From Takakia lepidozioides (Eukaryota; Plantae; Bryophyta): a DNA stretch of 64,000 nt. The DNA lies in the NCBI GenBank assembly GCA_030704615.1, contig CM060731.1:87792001-87856000 (forward strand), read 5' to 3'. The notes below the pieces were generated by a model. That model was not told where the DNA came from and ran no database searches. It saw only the letters and a program-made list of their open reading frames with translations. How positions within the stretch are numbered: position 1 is the first letter of the stretch; the number at the start of each line of letters is the position of its first letter. Made by a program: the position numbers and the translations under genes. Below are positions 47,889 through 60,610 of the stretch, in pieces.

Positions 47889-50046
47889 TTGAAGCTGGAT
47901 GCTGAATTCCGACGAAACCGGGCTCCGCTGCCTCCGTTGGGTGCAAAAGAGGCAAAAGCGCTTGCGAACTCCAGGAAAGCGGCAGAGCTTGCTCAGGCAG
48001 GAATTCAAGAGAAATTGCATGAGAAGAGTAAAGGTCAAAGGAAAAGGACAAGGAAACAGGTGACTGCAGTAACACCCAAAAAGAAGAAAACCATCGGGGC
48101 ATCGGAGGAGGCGCAGGAGGGGACCCAAGAGAGTGACTCCGACGCCGATTTTGTTCAAGGTCCTGCGACTGCTGTTGCTCCTACCCAGTCACCGGTCGTC
48201 CGGGTTCCCAAGTCAGTTCGGAGTGGGACTGGCTCTGCCAAGAAGTTGGCATTTGAGGGCGAGCCTACACGGCGGTATTCGGCGGTGACGTTTACGCACA
48301 GGCCAAAGCTAGAACCTCCAACCATCATCCAATGCGTCAATGAGAGCTTCCTTGACGCTCTCGCTGCCAGGGCGAAGAAGGTGGCACACAACAAGTCTCT
48401 GGCGGAGCAGAAGGGAAAAGCCAAGAAGAGGGCTGCCGGTACAGAGCCTAAAGACACCCCTGGTTTTGAAGCCATGATGGAATTCTTCACGGCTGTGAGC
48501 ACGAATTGCAAGAGCACTCGGGGGGGGGTTGAGGTGGAGAGAGCTTGCGACATGATTCTCCTCGACATTCCAGATGGGGAGCTGCTGGAGGGCCTGGATG
48601 GTGTGCCCACCTGGAACAGGTTTACTGAGGACTACTGGAAAGCCGGGTTTGGGCTGGCGGGGATGCTTCTGGATGACGGTGGATGTGTGGTTGTCCTTGC
48701 CACGAGAGGGAAGACCACAGAGAATGCGGTGGCAAGGTGGACACCGAAAAGTGTCACCCCGGTCCTCCTCAGAAAATGGTTCTGCATCAGTACGCAGGGG
48801 TTGCGAACAGAGGGCCAAAGTGTAAGTTATCAATCTATTGCATTCACTTCATATTGTGGTGTATGTTAAGTAGACCCTGGAATTGATCCCTTCTTTGTTG
48901 GATGTGCAGACATTGGTGTTTGAGGCATATTGCTTTGTGAAGAGAGGGTCTACGTTCAAATTCCGCAACGACGGTCGTCTTGTTGATGCCGCTGTGGACC
49001 CTGTAACCTACGATGTCCTCTACAACTATGTGCCCCACTCTAGTATGCCGAAGGACACAAAGACAGGCAAACCGTGGCGGTACAGCCGGACCCGAAGCCC
49101 TGCTTTCATCCAAACCCTCATGGAGACGTGCTCGGATGTCCAAGGGCGGATTCTGGACCTCACATGCGGCACGGGTAAGCCTTCACGTGCTCAGTTTGTC
49201 CCCTGGCCCCATTGCAATTGCATGCCGCAAGCTATTAACCGCCCGCTTTGTTCCTCAGGTGCTTCAATGTGGGCAGGGACGTTGTCCGACAGGCATGTGT
49301 TCGCCTTCGAGCCAGATACTGCCCTCCACAACTCGGAACTTGCAGCGGCTGAACGTCTGCCGAAAGAGGAAGAGGCATCCTCGGAGGATGAGGAAAAATC
49401 CGAGAAGGAGCAGGGGGAGGAAGTTGGGATCGAGGCCGAGGAGCCCCCGGTTTACGAGTGAGTGGTGGCATTGTAAGTTGCCTCCAGATTTTGTGAGGCA
49501 CCTCCCTCCGCTCTCTTATTTCATTGAAAACCCTTTCTGGTTGTGCTGGTATTGACATTCTTCAAGTGGATTTGTTCTTACTGTAGGATGCCAAGTACTG
49601 CCGGAGGGACGTCTACACCGGAGTTCATGGGCAGGAGGAACGTGCCTTTTTTTGCCAGGGGAGATTTCATGCCTAGTCCAGAAAGGGAGTACATCCTGCC
49701 TACTTATGCTGCCCGGCTTGCTTCGGTGTCCATTAGGAGGTGTTCCGAACGTAGTCGTGTACAGCAGATTTTAGACGAGGCAAGCCTCAAGAAAATGAAG
49801 ATGAGGGAGGAGGCAGCAGCTATTAGAGCCCGTCGGGCTCGTAGATTTGTGTTGGATTCTGCTGAGGAAAGTGGGGGAGAAGACGCAGAAGATTCCCAGG
49901 AGGTGAGGTGGACAGTCCCCCAAGGAGAGGACGGGATTTTTGAGAGGCATAGTGGAACTGATGCATCACAGAGCTCGGAGGATGAGGGGGATGAGGGGGA
50001 TGAGGAAGAAGGTGGGGCAAGTTCCTCGGAGGGTGTAGGAGAGTAG
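47889..50046 (+). CDS. Beta-class DNA amino-methyltransferase-like gene (N6-A/N4-C fold), copy 1, 5'-truncated, 4 exons
   Basis: Exons 47889-48821, 48910-49174, 49259-49457 and 49587-50046 join in phase through GT-AG introns. Motif IV-like CDMILLDIPDG precedes motifs X-I-II: RSPAFIQTLMETCSDVQGRILDLTCGT|GASMWAGTLSDRHVFAFEPD. Confidence 0.7.
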
Positions 50047-50299
50047 TGCCCATTCCGGCTATGACAGTTAGAACACACTTGTATAGACGTGGCTTGCCAC
50101 AAAATTTGCAATAAAATGTTGCATTTTAAGTCCACTGGTGCCACATTCCAACTTCACATGACCCTATTTCCGTGCCTCCTAACCCTATTTCCGTGGACTC
50201 ACAATGGTCTGCTCATGCTTTTTTTTTTTCCGCTCATGCTCATGCCGCTCATGCTCATGCCGCTCATGCTCATGCCGCTCATGAAATAGCAGCCCCCCC

Positions 50300-51192
50300 C
50301 GGAAGTACTGCTCTAGCTCCAGGAGCCAGGTGTTGAGTGCCTTCCGATTTCGAACGCCCTCGAAGGTGCCGGGTTCCTTAGGCTTCACCTTAAACTTTGC
50401 CTTAGTGGAAGTGGCATTAGCCAACTTCAACACGTCTTTCAACGTCCCGCCAAACTGCGCCAACAACCCTTCCCAAAAGGCTGCCGGCATGGGAGGCATC
50501 TCTTGGTTTGTCGGAGCTCTCAAGGATTCCTTGGGCTCCTACTCCTCGGATTCCTCCCGCTCTTGAGCGGCCTCGTTTTCGGAAACATGCATCGCTTCCT
50601 CAAACGGCCGCCTCGGTGACACGTCGCCCCCATCGGGCTCACCAGGATCATCATCTTTTGGGCCGTTCCGCTTTCGTTTTGGCTTGCCCGACCCCATGAT
50701 GAGGCCAATCCCAAGGACGATCGCGTACTGAACTCTAAGCTTTGATACCAAGTGTCGCGCACCTCACTTCGGTAAGCTCCCCTTCAAGTCATAGTTACTC
50801 GCTTTGATGCGCGCGCCTGACTCCCAACCTGGCCGCCCGGGCCAACTTGGAGCTTCGGCTGCTCACCGGGACATAACGGTCCCCCTTCGCTTCCCTCTAA
50901 ACCCTCCACCTATTTGGGACAAGGAGAATTTCCTTTGGTAGATGGCAGTCCGGAACAGCTCCCCACTCTTTGGTCGCTTTCCGGCTCGTTCGCTTACTCA
51001 CTAGTTTTTGGTCACCAACGGGCTTGCACCGTTCTCGGGGTTACTACTCCCTATATATACTTCTGTAGCTGTCCGCGGGGGTTTCATAACCAGCCATGCC
51101 ATTTTATGGCGAACCACCACGAAAACCCTCGACTCCCGGTGATGAGTCGCGGTGAGTCTTGGCCCACTCATGACGGCCCCTATGGACCGTGA
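50300..51192 (-). mobile_element. Fragment of a fourth LTR family (C): 5' LTR, tRNA-Met PBS and gag start
   Basis: The minus strand reads ...GCGCGACA-CT-TGGTATCAAAGC (PBS 50750-50739). Gag KVKPKEPGTFEGVRNRKALNTWLLELEQYF is truncated at ~50300. The outer LTR end (~51192) is approximate. Confidence 0.75.
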
Positions 51193-54100
51193 TGAGTCCC
51201 AAGGCTCCCCACGACTCCCACCATGAGGTCTCCGCCCCCATGGTGAGTCCTATGCCACCCCCACTAAGTCCCGCTAAGCTACCACCACCCCTTGTGGAGC
51301 CACCCCCACCGCAACCCGGTGTGCGGGGCTCCACCTAGTGAGCGCCTCCGCCTCCTTGAGTGCCTTGGGCACTCAAGGGTGCTTCAGCCCCCCATACCTA
51401 TCGGTGCCGATGCCCCCACTACAGAGGCAGCCCCTCATGTGTCCCGACCCCCCGCCCTCAAGGCAAAGGTCCACGACACACCGAGTGTGCAAACAAGGTG
51501 GATGTGGATACCAACCTCAAGTTGCAGAAAGAGTTGGAGGACACTAAAGCTGCCTTACAGCTTGCGAAGGAAAATTTGATTGAAGCAGGTCTGGAGCAGG
51601 AGAAGTTGCATGAAGTACATAAGCAACAGTTATACCAGTTGCAGGTTAAGCATGAAGGCAAGTTGCAGGAAGTGAAGTTGCTTCATACAGAATTGGAAGC
51701 AGTCCATCAGAGAATGACCATACAGTGTGCCACACTAGCGACTAATCTGGAGCTGACTGCGCTAGAAGTTAAGAACCAAGCTGAGAGATGTTTAGTGGTG
51801 GAGACAGAGTCAATGGAGCAGGGGAAACTCATTGCTGACATGAAGGCTACTATCTGTCGCAATGAGGATACCTTTCAACAGTACCGTCAGGTGGATGCCC
51901 AGAAGGACAGGTACATCTTTGAATTGCAGCAAACAATCACAATACGGGAGAATGAGCTTTCTGTGACTGACAAGGCCTATGCAGCTCGGGTTGAACCTCA
52001 TGCGAAGCGCATGGAGAATTTACATGGTCCTGTGGCAATGTTCTGCACCCGTGAAAATTTGCATGCGCTTCGCCATGTAAATTTTTGCAAGAGTGGTTAA
52101 CACAAGGGCCACTGGAAGGGAAGGCACCAAGAAAGATGAATGGTCTCAGACTACGGGTGCAGAACATTGCCACAAGCACTATAGACAATGTCTATAGTAG
52201 GATAGCTGAGTTGCAGGAGGATGTGGAAGGGCTGCAGACTCAAGTGGATGACTTGAGCTCCAACATTGATAAAAGGGCCTTTGTTCCTGAGGAATAGCTC
52301 ATGGCTACTTATCTGCACGCCAGGACTTTGATTTTCCAATCTTCAGCACAGGAAAGTGCAGGACTTGCCAACATCAAGAAGGACTGTGGCAACTGCATTA
52401 CAGCAACCATGCTAGGTCGACAATGTTGATACCATGGCGATGCAGCAATCACTCTCTGAGGTTTGGGGTGATGCTTCTTTTAACCCACCTACTACTCCTG
52501 CTGCACTTGAATACAATCAGGCTATGATTATGCCCTTCAACCAAATTCCCATTGTTATGGATTTGGCTTGGAAAGAATTCAGTCCTCCAGAGTCTTTGGC
52601 ACACTATTACCAGATTATGCGCATTTGGTTGCCAGTGGCAACTCGGACTAAAGTTCTTCCAAATGACAGACCCATTGAAGATCACCATTTTGCACGGTAC
52701 TGGTCTGAGGCAGGCACCATGCTGAAGGAATTAATTGCCTTCTAGATTGTTCATAGATACATCTACACCAAGACCAAGGAGGTACCTAGTTTGGTCATGG
52801 GTTGTGGACTGTATTATGCTGCTTGTTTTATTTCACACTATCATATTGAGCAGCAAAAGATGTAGATGAGATTTCAGACTTATTCCAATGGGGATCATTG
52901 GGTGTTACCTTCAGTTCCATCACATACATATCTGTATGATGTAAGGATCATGCTTCAAAAGGATCCCTAACTTCGTTCTTGGTTTACTTTTGCTCTGGAG
53001 AATTTGGCCAAGGAAAACTTGGGCCTTGACCATATTTTTTCTAAGGGGCATGAAGCCAGAAAGTGGTTACACTTTTCCAATGTCATTGGCACACCACTTA
53101 GCTATACAGATGATGAGCTGCGGGCATACACTAATCTTGCTCGAAAGCAATTGATACAAGTTTTAAAGTTTAAGCTTCCAGACATGGTGGGCAAACACTG
53201 TATGCCACGCAGGATTCCTGAGAAGCCACATAAGGTCAGGGCACTGAAAGGCCACCGGGGAGAAGATGATTATGATACTACTGGTTCTATGGAGGAACCT
53301 TTTGACATGGCTGAGGATTATGCAATACAAATGGCAGAGAAGAAACGACGGGGATCTCCTATGCCTGAGAAGTTACCTCCTTATCAGCCAAAGGCAGGGC
53401 AGTCAGTTCCATTTAGTGGACAATCATCTCCACCAGCCAGCGACATGGCTCGGGCTCACACACAGAGCCCTCCGAGGGACTCTCACCGGCAGAAGGGTGC
53501 TCGTTCACAAAGGTTTGCTGATCCTAAACAGTAAACTGCAAGGACACGGCTTGAGAGGGGGAGGAATAATGTTAGAGGGTTGTCTGGGACTTAGACAATT
53601 TTACGGGTTTTGTGGGGTACCCTTAATTTTGCGCAGACTTACGGATGGTAGACAGACCAACAGAGGCCTTAGGGGTGACAAACACATGCTTTAGGGGTGG
53701 TAGGCAGCCTGACATAGTCAGTCACAACTTGTCACAGCCTTACACAGCCTGACACAACCTTACACAGTCTATCACGGTCTATCACAGCCCGACACAGCCC
53801 GACACAGCTTCACACAGCCAGTCACAGTCCGACACAGCTTGGCACAACCCAACACAACGTTCACAAGGAACGGTTATCATTGGCAGGGAACAACTGTGTG
53901 GGTACGACATCTGCAGAAGGAACGTGCATTCTGTCTTGGATGACAGTTAGTTAGTTAGGCGGTTAGAACAGCTTGCAGGTAGAATAGACAGAGTAGCAAC
54001 ATGGAGAGGGTCACTTCTGGGAGCACTTGTGGATCATCATTGGAGGAGATCAGGCGGAGAGCATGATCTTGAGCGCAAAGATGGAGAGCACAGTGCAGGA

Positions 54101-54504
54101 GGAGAGATGATCTATTGATGCTTGATACATGCAAGCTGTAGAGATGCACTGTAGAGTTGATTAGAGACACCATGGCTTCGGCCTGATACTTGATAGATAT
54201 TAATCTGATACATATTTCATACTCACACTGTGTAGAGAGACCTGAGTGAAGATGTGGAATGGATGCTTGGGTAGATGGAACATGGAAGATTGCAGAAGCA
54301 ATCTGATACTTAATCAGATAATAAGGTAACTTGTTAATATGAATGCGAGAAGAAATACAAATATGAAGCACCCCCATGATACACTAGTTGTAGGTCATGA
54401 CTGATTGTTCTGAGCGGGTTGAGTGCTTAGAGATTTCCAACTCTTCTATCTTGGAGTTTCCACCTTGGATAGCTAAGGGATGGGTGAGTAAAAGCCGCTC
54501 GACA
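51193..54504 (+). mobile_element. 3' part of a family B element (B3): extra coiled-coil ORF, PPT and 3' LTR
   Basis: Broken sense ORFs at 51360-53534, PPT GAGAGGGGGAGGAA at 53553-53566, and LTR 53570-54504 (TGTTAGAGG...CTCGACA) homologous to 10340-11272. No PBS follows it. Confidence 0.85.
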
Positions 54505-57500
54505 CTCGGCCTTGGAACAAGTGAATCCTTGGTTTTTGAAAAAGCTCGTTTCTTGAAAAAGATCCCCTACTTGCAATCTTGCCCTATGCTCATCCACGCT
54601 CACATTACCAGATGGTAAATCAAAAAGCTGTTGCAAGTACTGCGGAGTAACTTGTATATCTACGCCCTTCACCTGGTTAACTCCTGTCTTTGGCTCAAAG
54701 TTCTTGATGAATCGGATCATCAAATCCCGATGATGCAAAGACCACTCTTTGCGAAACAGTCCCTCCAACCGCAACTCCTTCAACAGCTGCACTGCCTGTG
54801 GTGATTGTTTGCCTCTGTAAGATCGTCGTGCTCTTCACTCGTAGATCCTCCATCTCTCTAATTCGCTTCATCCCGGACAAACAAAAAGGCCTTGTTTGGA
54901 ATAACTGCAGGAAAGCTTGCAATGCGTATAGCCTGAAAGTGTGATTAGCACAGAATGGAACATGTAAGTGTGTGTAAGCTTGCAGGGCTTGCAAATAGTG
55001 AGTGAGAGAGAAAGTACTTTCGTCCTGTCTTTTCTTGCGCCACTGCATAAGAAGTAGAGCTAGTGTATAGTCCGTGATATCCGCCATAGCTACAAAGCTA
55101 TAGCTTTGATTGCCCCTCCTGTTGAGACATTGGTTATCCAGGATAACACCTATTTTTCCGCTCATAATCTTCTGAATTTCTTGTTCTTGTTTCTTGAATG
55201 GAGTCTCTTGCACAAAATTCACATTGCTGATTGGCAGTTGCCTCATTAGGTAATTTTTTATTTTTACCCTATTTCGTTCACATTCCATCTTGGAATGACC
55301 ACTAGGATTGCATATGTGGCAAAGGTTCCCCGTTGCCGGACGCATAAAGTGTTCTGTTACCTGTCCTCTTCATGCATTAATGGGCTCGTGATTCATTCCG
55401 GCTGATGTACCGGGTAGGTACTTTGACGGCCCTGTTTGTCTTCTTGTGTGATGGTGCTCGTTATTGCAGTACATGCAATGCGGAGTGCTTCGCCCCTTAG
55501 GCCACGTGTTTGAATTCAAACACCATCCCGTCTCCTTCTATCCGCATGGCACATTCCCCGAGTTTGACTCCCAAACTGTCTTTATACTCACCGACCACTT
55601 TACTGACATTAACTCGTGTCCACCTGTCATTGCCCTTATGGACTGTGCAACTTGTGTGGGCTATGTTGCTTGTGTTGGGCTGTGACAGACTGTGGTAGGC
55701 TGTGATGGTTGTGTGAACACCTGTGTTCCCTGCTATGGCCATACACATTCGGCGTTATGACCAGTGCTTCATGCTCCGCTGGTGCTACTGGTGTAGTCTG
55801 TGACTGCATCTGTGTTTCAAGATGCAAATCATGCTGCAATGGTCTATCATGGATACCACTGTATCCCTTCAACTTGTTGGCATTGACTCTACCAAGCATC
55901 TCTTTGTTAATGGTTTGTAACATAGCTGTGTTGTTATCATACATCTTCTGTATGACATAAGGTCCTTTCCATGGTGATTTAAGCTTAGAATCTTTAATCT
56001 TTCCCTTCTTCTGCAACCACAGTACCAAATCACATGTCTTAAAAGTCTTCAGTTTGCCTTCATCAAATTGATCCTTCCTCTTCATCTGAATTCTGGCCAT
56101 GTTATCAGTTGCATCAGCACGTACTTTTTCCACATGATATAGTTCATGTTTCCTTACTTTAATTGAATCCTCCAATTCCATTCTCCTTCCCCATTCAGTT
56201 CTCATGGTAGGTAACAGAATTCCACTAGTAAAGCTTCCATGCCATAAACTAATTGGAATGGTGTATACTTGGTGGTGACCTTGTATGAAGTCCTGTATGA
56301 CCATAAAGCAGTCAATAGCTTTGTATCCCAATCAGTTCTGTTGGCATTGACTATCTTAGCAAGGATAGTGCATAGTATCTTGTTGGTGGCCTCTGCCTGC
56401 CCATTTCCCTGTGGATAATAGGTTGTACTCTTCCTGTGCACAATCATGAACTCCTTAGTCAACAGTTCAATGGTCTCATTAATGAAATGACTTCCCTGGT
56501 CATTGATAAATTCCAAGGGACAACCAAATCTTGTAATAATGTTCTCATATAGGAACCTTGCTGCGGACTTAGCTGTGTTGTCTTTCAGAGCCTTAGCTTC
56601 CACCCATTTTGTGGTATAATCAGTGGCTGTGATTATATACTTATTATGTGTATTCCTGGCTGGTGGATTGATTGGCCCAACAAAATCCAATCCCCATTTC
56701 TGGAATGGTTCAGTAGGCATTGTAGGATGCAAAGCCATCTTCCCAGATCTTTGCAAAGGTCTTAGCCTCTGGCACTCATCACAGCTCTTACAATACTTGT
56801 GTACATCTTTAAACAAAGTAGGCCACTAGTAACCTGCAAGTAATATTTTCCTACTGGTAATCTCTTAGACTCCAAAATGGCCTCCAACCACTTTATTAAC
56901 TTCATGGTAGTACAAGCATCTTTTCAGAACTCCATCAGGTCCTAGCTTATACAATCTTCCTCCTATCATAGTGTATGGTAATGCCTTGATAGCCATTCTC
57001 TTCCTCTGTTCATTCCCATAACTAGATGGGCATTGTCCATGAGTTAGGTAATATCTGATTGGCCACTGCCAATCTAACCAATCATCTGCTCCCTGCACTT
57101 CCACTGCAAATAAACTTGCATCAGGCAGTTGATCGTCTACTCCTGTGGCGGACTCTCCTGTTGAAAGGCGTGACAAGTGATCTGCCACAAGATGCAAACG
57201 TCCAGGCTTGTAAACAACTTCGAATTCAAACTCATGCAGTATAATCAGCCATTTTGCTATCTTTCCACTTATCAAAGGCTTGTTCACCAAATAAATTAGA
57301 GCTTGATGATCCATATAGAACATAAACTTCCTTCCCAGCAAATAATGCCTGAACTTCTTGACTGAATAAATCATTGCCAAAGCTTCTCTTTTGGTGGTGC
57401 TATAGTTCCTTTCAGCACTGTTCAACACTCTGCTAGCATAATACACAGGTGACCTGTGACATTTTGAGCTAACACAGCTCTTAATGCTTCTCTTGAGGCA

Positions 57501-58530
57501 TCACATTGTACATAAAATACCATATGCCAATGTGGGTTAATCAGCACAGGTGTAGTTGTTACTGACAATGTGAGTTCCTTGAAAGCGTGTTGGCACTCAG
57601 CTATCCATGCAAACCCTGCATCCTTCTTCAAGAGCTCTGCTCAATGGTGCTGCCTTCTGTGCATATCTTCTGACAAACCTTCTGTAATAACTGGTTTGTC
57701 CAAGGAACCTCCTTAGAGCCTTAACATTACTTGGTGTTGGTGAGGCTTTAATAGCCTCTGTCTTTCTAGGATCTACAAGCAGCCCTTTTTGACACACAAT
57801 GTGTCCCAAAAGAACTCCTGAGTTCACACATAAAGTGCATTTTTCAGGATTCAGCCCAAGACCTCTCATCCTGCATATGGCCAAACATAACTCCAACTCC
57901 TGCATATGGCCAAACATAACTCCATCTTCTGCAAGTGCTCATTCTTAGAGCTGTACACACTAAAGTCATCTAAGAACACTTGCATGAAATCATCCAAGTA
58001 CTCATGGAAAGATTCACTAATCACTCTCTAGAAAGTTGCTGGTGCATTACATAGTCCAAAAGGCATGACTTTGTATGCATAAGCACCCCAGTCTGTGATG
58101 AAAGCAGTCTTTCTCTGGTCCTACCTGTACTTGGTTATACCCACTGAAGCCATCCATGAATGAGTACATCTCATGGCCTGCTACAGTATCTAGCACAACT
58201 TTTGTGAATGACAAAGGAAATGGATCTTTCTTTGTACAATCATTCAACTTCTTATAGTTCACACAAACTCTCAGTTTGCCATTCTTCTTGGGAACTATCA
58301 CGATGGGTGATAGCCAAGTACTGTACTCTATCGGGTATATAAACTTAGCCTCAGCCAGCTTCTTTATCTCCTTCCCAACCTTCTGTGCATAGTCGAGATT
58401 CATTTTGTATCTTGTCTGTTTGATTGGTACAGAACCTGGTTCCAATTCAATCTTGTACTGGCATATTTCAGGGGGTATCCCCTTCAGGTCTTCATAACTC
58501 CAGGCAAATACATCTTTATATTTGATAAAT
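54505..58530 (-). mobile_element. Internal part of a family B element (B2): degenerate RT, RNase H, integrase and downstream extra ORF
   Basis: YSFMDGFSGYNQV, MQVFLDDF, VQCDAS, YYASR, DHQAL, KWGLDFVGP, NDQG, QGNGQAE and WKGPY. Many frameshifts. Post-integrase ORFs contain CHICNPSGHSKMEC and FIKNF...VKGVDIQVTPQYLQQLFDLP. Confidence 0.92.
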
Positions 58531-60200
58531 AGCACCGAGCTTTCTGACCAGGATGACATCCTCCCGGACATCCCCAGGCCCCAAACCCGCAGCATACAGG
58601 CTGGGTTTGGCGGTCCTGGTGGGCTGCCGGAGAACCCCTCTGCAGCAGACGTCATGTCGGAGGCGGATATGAAGTTGGCCGCTGCCAAGTTGTTGGAGGC
58701 AACCCATGTTGGAGCACATAGCCGAAGCCCACCCCAACGACCTCGATTGGCATTTCGCCGTGGAGTGTGTTGTGCTGAAGGTTGTACCTAAAGAGACTCC
58801 GGTGTAATTCCATAACTCATCACTTCATACATGCACCAGGGTTGAGCCCCCAAGAGGTGCACACTCTTCTGAATATGGATCCAGGGGACCAGTGAGCTTG
58901 GCTTGCGGTCCCCACTCAATGGTACGCCCATCCTTTTCGGACAGTAGAACTACTCAAAGCTGCAATGGCGGACATCAACTCGTAAGTTACAACGCCTCTT
59001 GCTTTTGGACCCAAAATTTGTAAGTCATTTCATTGCAAATCCTCATATTTGTTCAAAATTCCCATTTCAGTATTGTTTGATGGAAATGTGGCATTGCAGG
59101 GTGACTGATAATGCCTTCATTGCCACCAACTTGTCCCATATGCTCTTCCGAGTGAAGGATGTCGGGAAGCAGGGGGTGTAAGAGTTTGCCAATTCGCTCA
59201 GTGCCAACCTCCTGCGCAAGTCGGAGGCAAAGGCAGACAGAACCTAGTATAGGCTGAGCATGGACGCCATGGTGGACTACATATTTTGGGTAAAGCTCCT
59301 GACTGTTTTGTTGAGCTAATCTGTCTCTCCTCCCCCAATAGAAGAAAAAGTGTTGAGCAGGATCTCTAATCTTATGTGCGCATTCTTGACAGACGAAAAT
59401 TCAGCAGGATTTGGCACATGCGCGGAGGTTCTACATGGAGTCAGAGGAGAAGAATCTAACCCTCCCGACACTGGAATCGTATCTCAAAGCTGCGGAGGCC
59501 AGGGCCCGCATAAAGTACAAGTCGCGGATGGTAAAGTACGTGGCCATAGCTGATCCCGCCCTTGGTGCCGACTTTCTGGTGGAGGTGGGGAAGCACTACT
59601 CCCGCGCTCTGAAGCCCACGATGACATTGGAGAAGCTCCATCGTCTAGCCACATCCTGTGTGGATGCAACAGAAAAGGTGATACATTCTTAACCAAATTG
59701 TGGTGGCAACAACTCGTTTTTGTGATGTTTGGCGCTTACGAATATGCTGGGTGGTTGGACAGACCCGGTGGCTCCAAATCTGGAATGGTTCCCAAAGTAC
59801 AAGGGACATGTGGAGCTTCCCCAACCGACAAACTGTCTGACCCGACATTTGACATGTGGATGAACCGCATGACATGGTGGTTTCAGGTACTTCCCCACGC
59901 TTCGTTTGGTGCTTCTACTCTTGTAGGGGGTGGATTCATTGTATTTTTTCAGGAAAGCGATCTGATGGAGAATCTCCACAGGTGACGATGAATGCGCAAG
60001 AGCAGCTGGACACACAAGCACATCAGTTCAAGATGGAGATTTCTCCTGCAGCAGAGAGCCTACGCGACTATGTGACGAGGTACTTTCTGCTGTACAAAAC
60101 CGACCTATTCTTTCGAGAGATACCCCATGCCCGCCGGAGCCACGAGTTCACCGACCAGCCGAACGCGGACAAAGCAGCAATGCGCCTTCTGTACAGGTAC
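58531..60200 (+). pseudogene. Probable upstream exons of the amino-MTase-like gene, copy 2 (unassigned domain)
   Basis: Coding-like blocks bounded by AG/GT at about 59100-59290, 59392-59677, 59888-59900 and 59982-60197. They are on the same strand and lead into the 60611 exon. Some contain stops. Confidence 0.35.
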
Positions 60201-60275
60201 ATACGCGATGCCTTCCTTTCAAGTCCTTGCATTTCAGGATGTTAGAGGCCTCATGTGGCGCATAAAAATTGGTCC

Positions 60276-60580
60276 TTGGAAAAATGGCGCCGAATTCCCA
60301 GTCCAGGGCACCCAAAATGGCTAAGTCCTAGGGTGGCTGGCACCGAAAACCAAAATTCGGCGCCATTTTTCCAATTCCAGGGCCAGTCAGTTCAGGGACT
60401 CAGGCATTTTCGGCCCGGACCTGGGAAAATGGCGCCGAATTTCTAGTTCAGGGCTCCCAAAATGGCTAAGTCCCTAGGGTGGCTGGCACCGAAAACCGAA
60501 ATTCGGCGCCATTTTTCCAATTCCAGGGCTAGTCAGTTCCGCCCCAACTTGGGAAAATGGTGCCGAATTTCCAGTTCAGG
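60276..60580. repeat. Duplicated ~150-bp MITE-like hairpin unit within an intron
   Basis: ttggaaaaatggcgccgaatt...aattcggcgccatttttccaa inverted arms occur twice, plus a partial third copy. Confidence 0.8.
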
Positions 60581-60610
60581 GACCTCATTCTGTGTTTTTC
60601 ATGAATGCAG

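Noticed and set aside
51193-54504. Inversion of the 3' end of B2
   Set aside because: The breakpoint falls exactly at the LTR-terminal CA, which nested insertion of a sister copy explains more simply.
10340-54504. The two family B LTRs as ends of a single 44-kb element
   Set aside because: They are in opposite orientations, clearly diverged, and share no TSD.
58516-58688. N-terminal part of ORF 58047..58688 as part of pol
   Set aside because: Homology to family B stops at ~58530. The upstream residues are read-through across a deletion junction.
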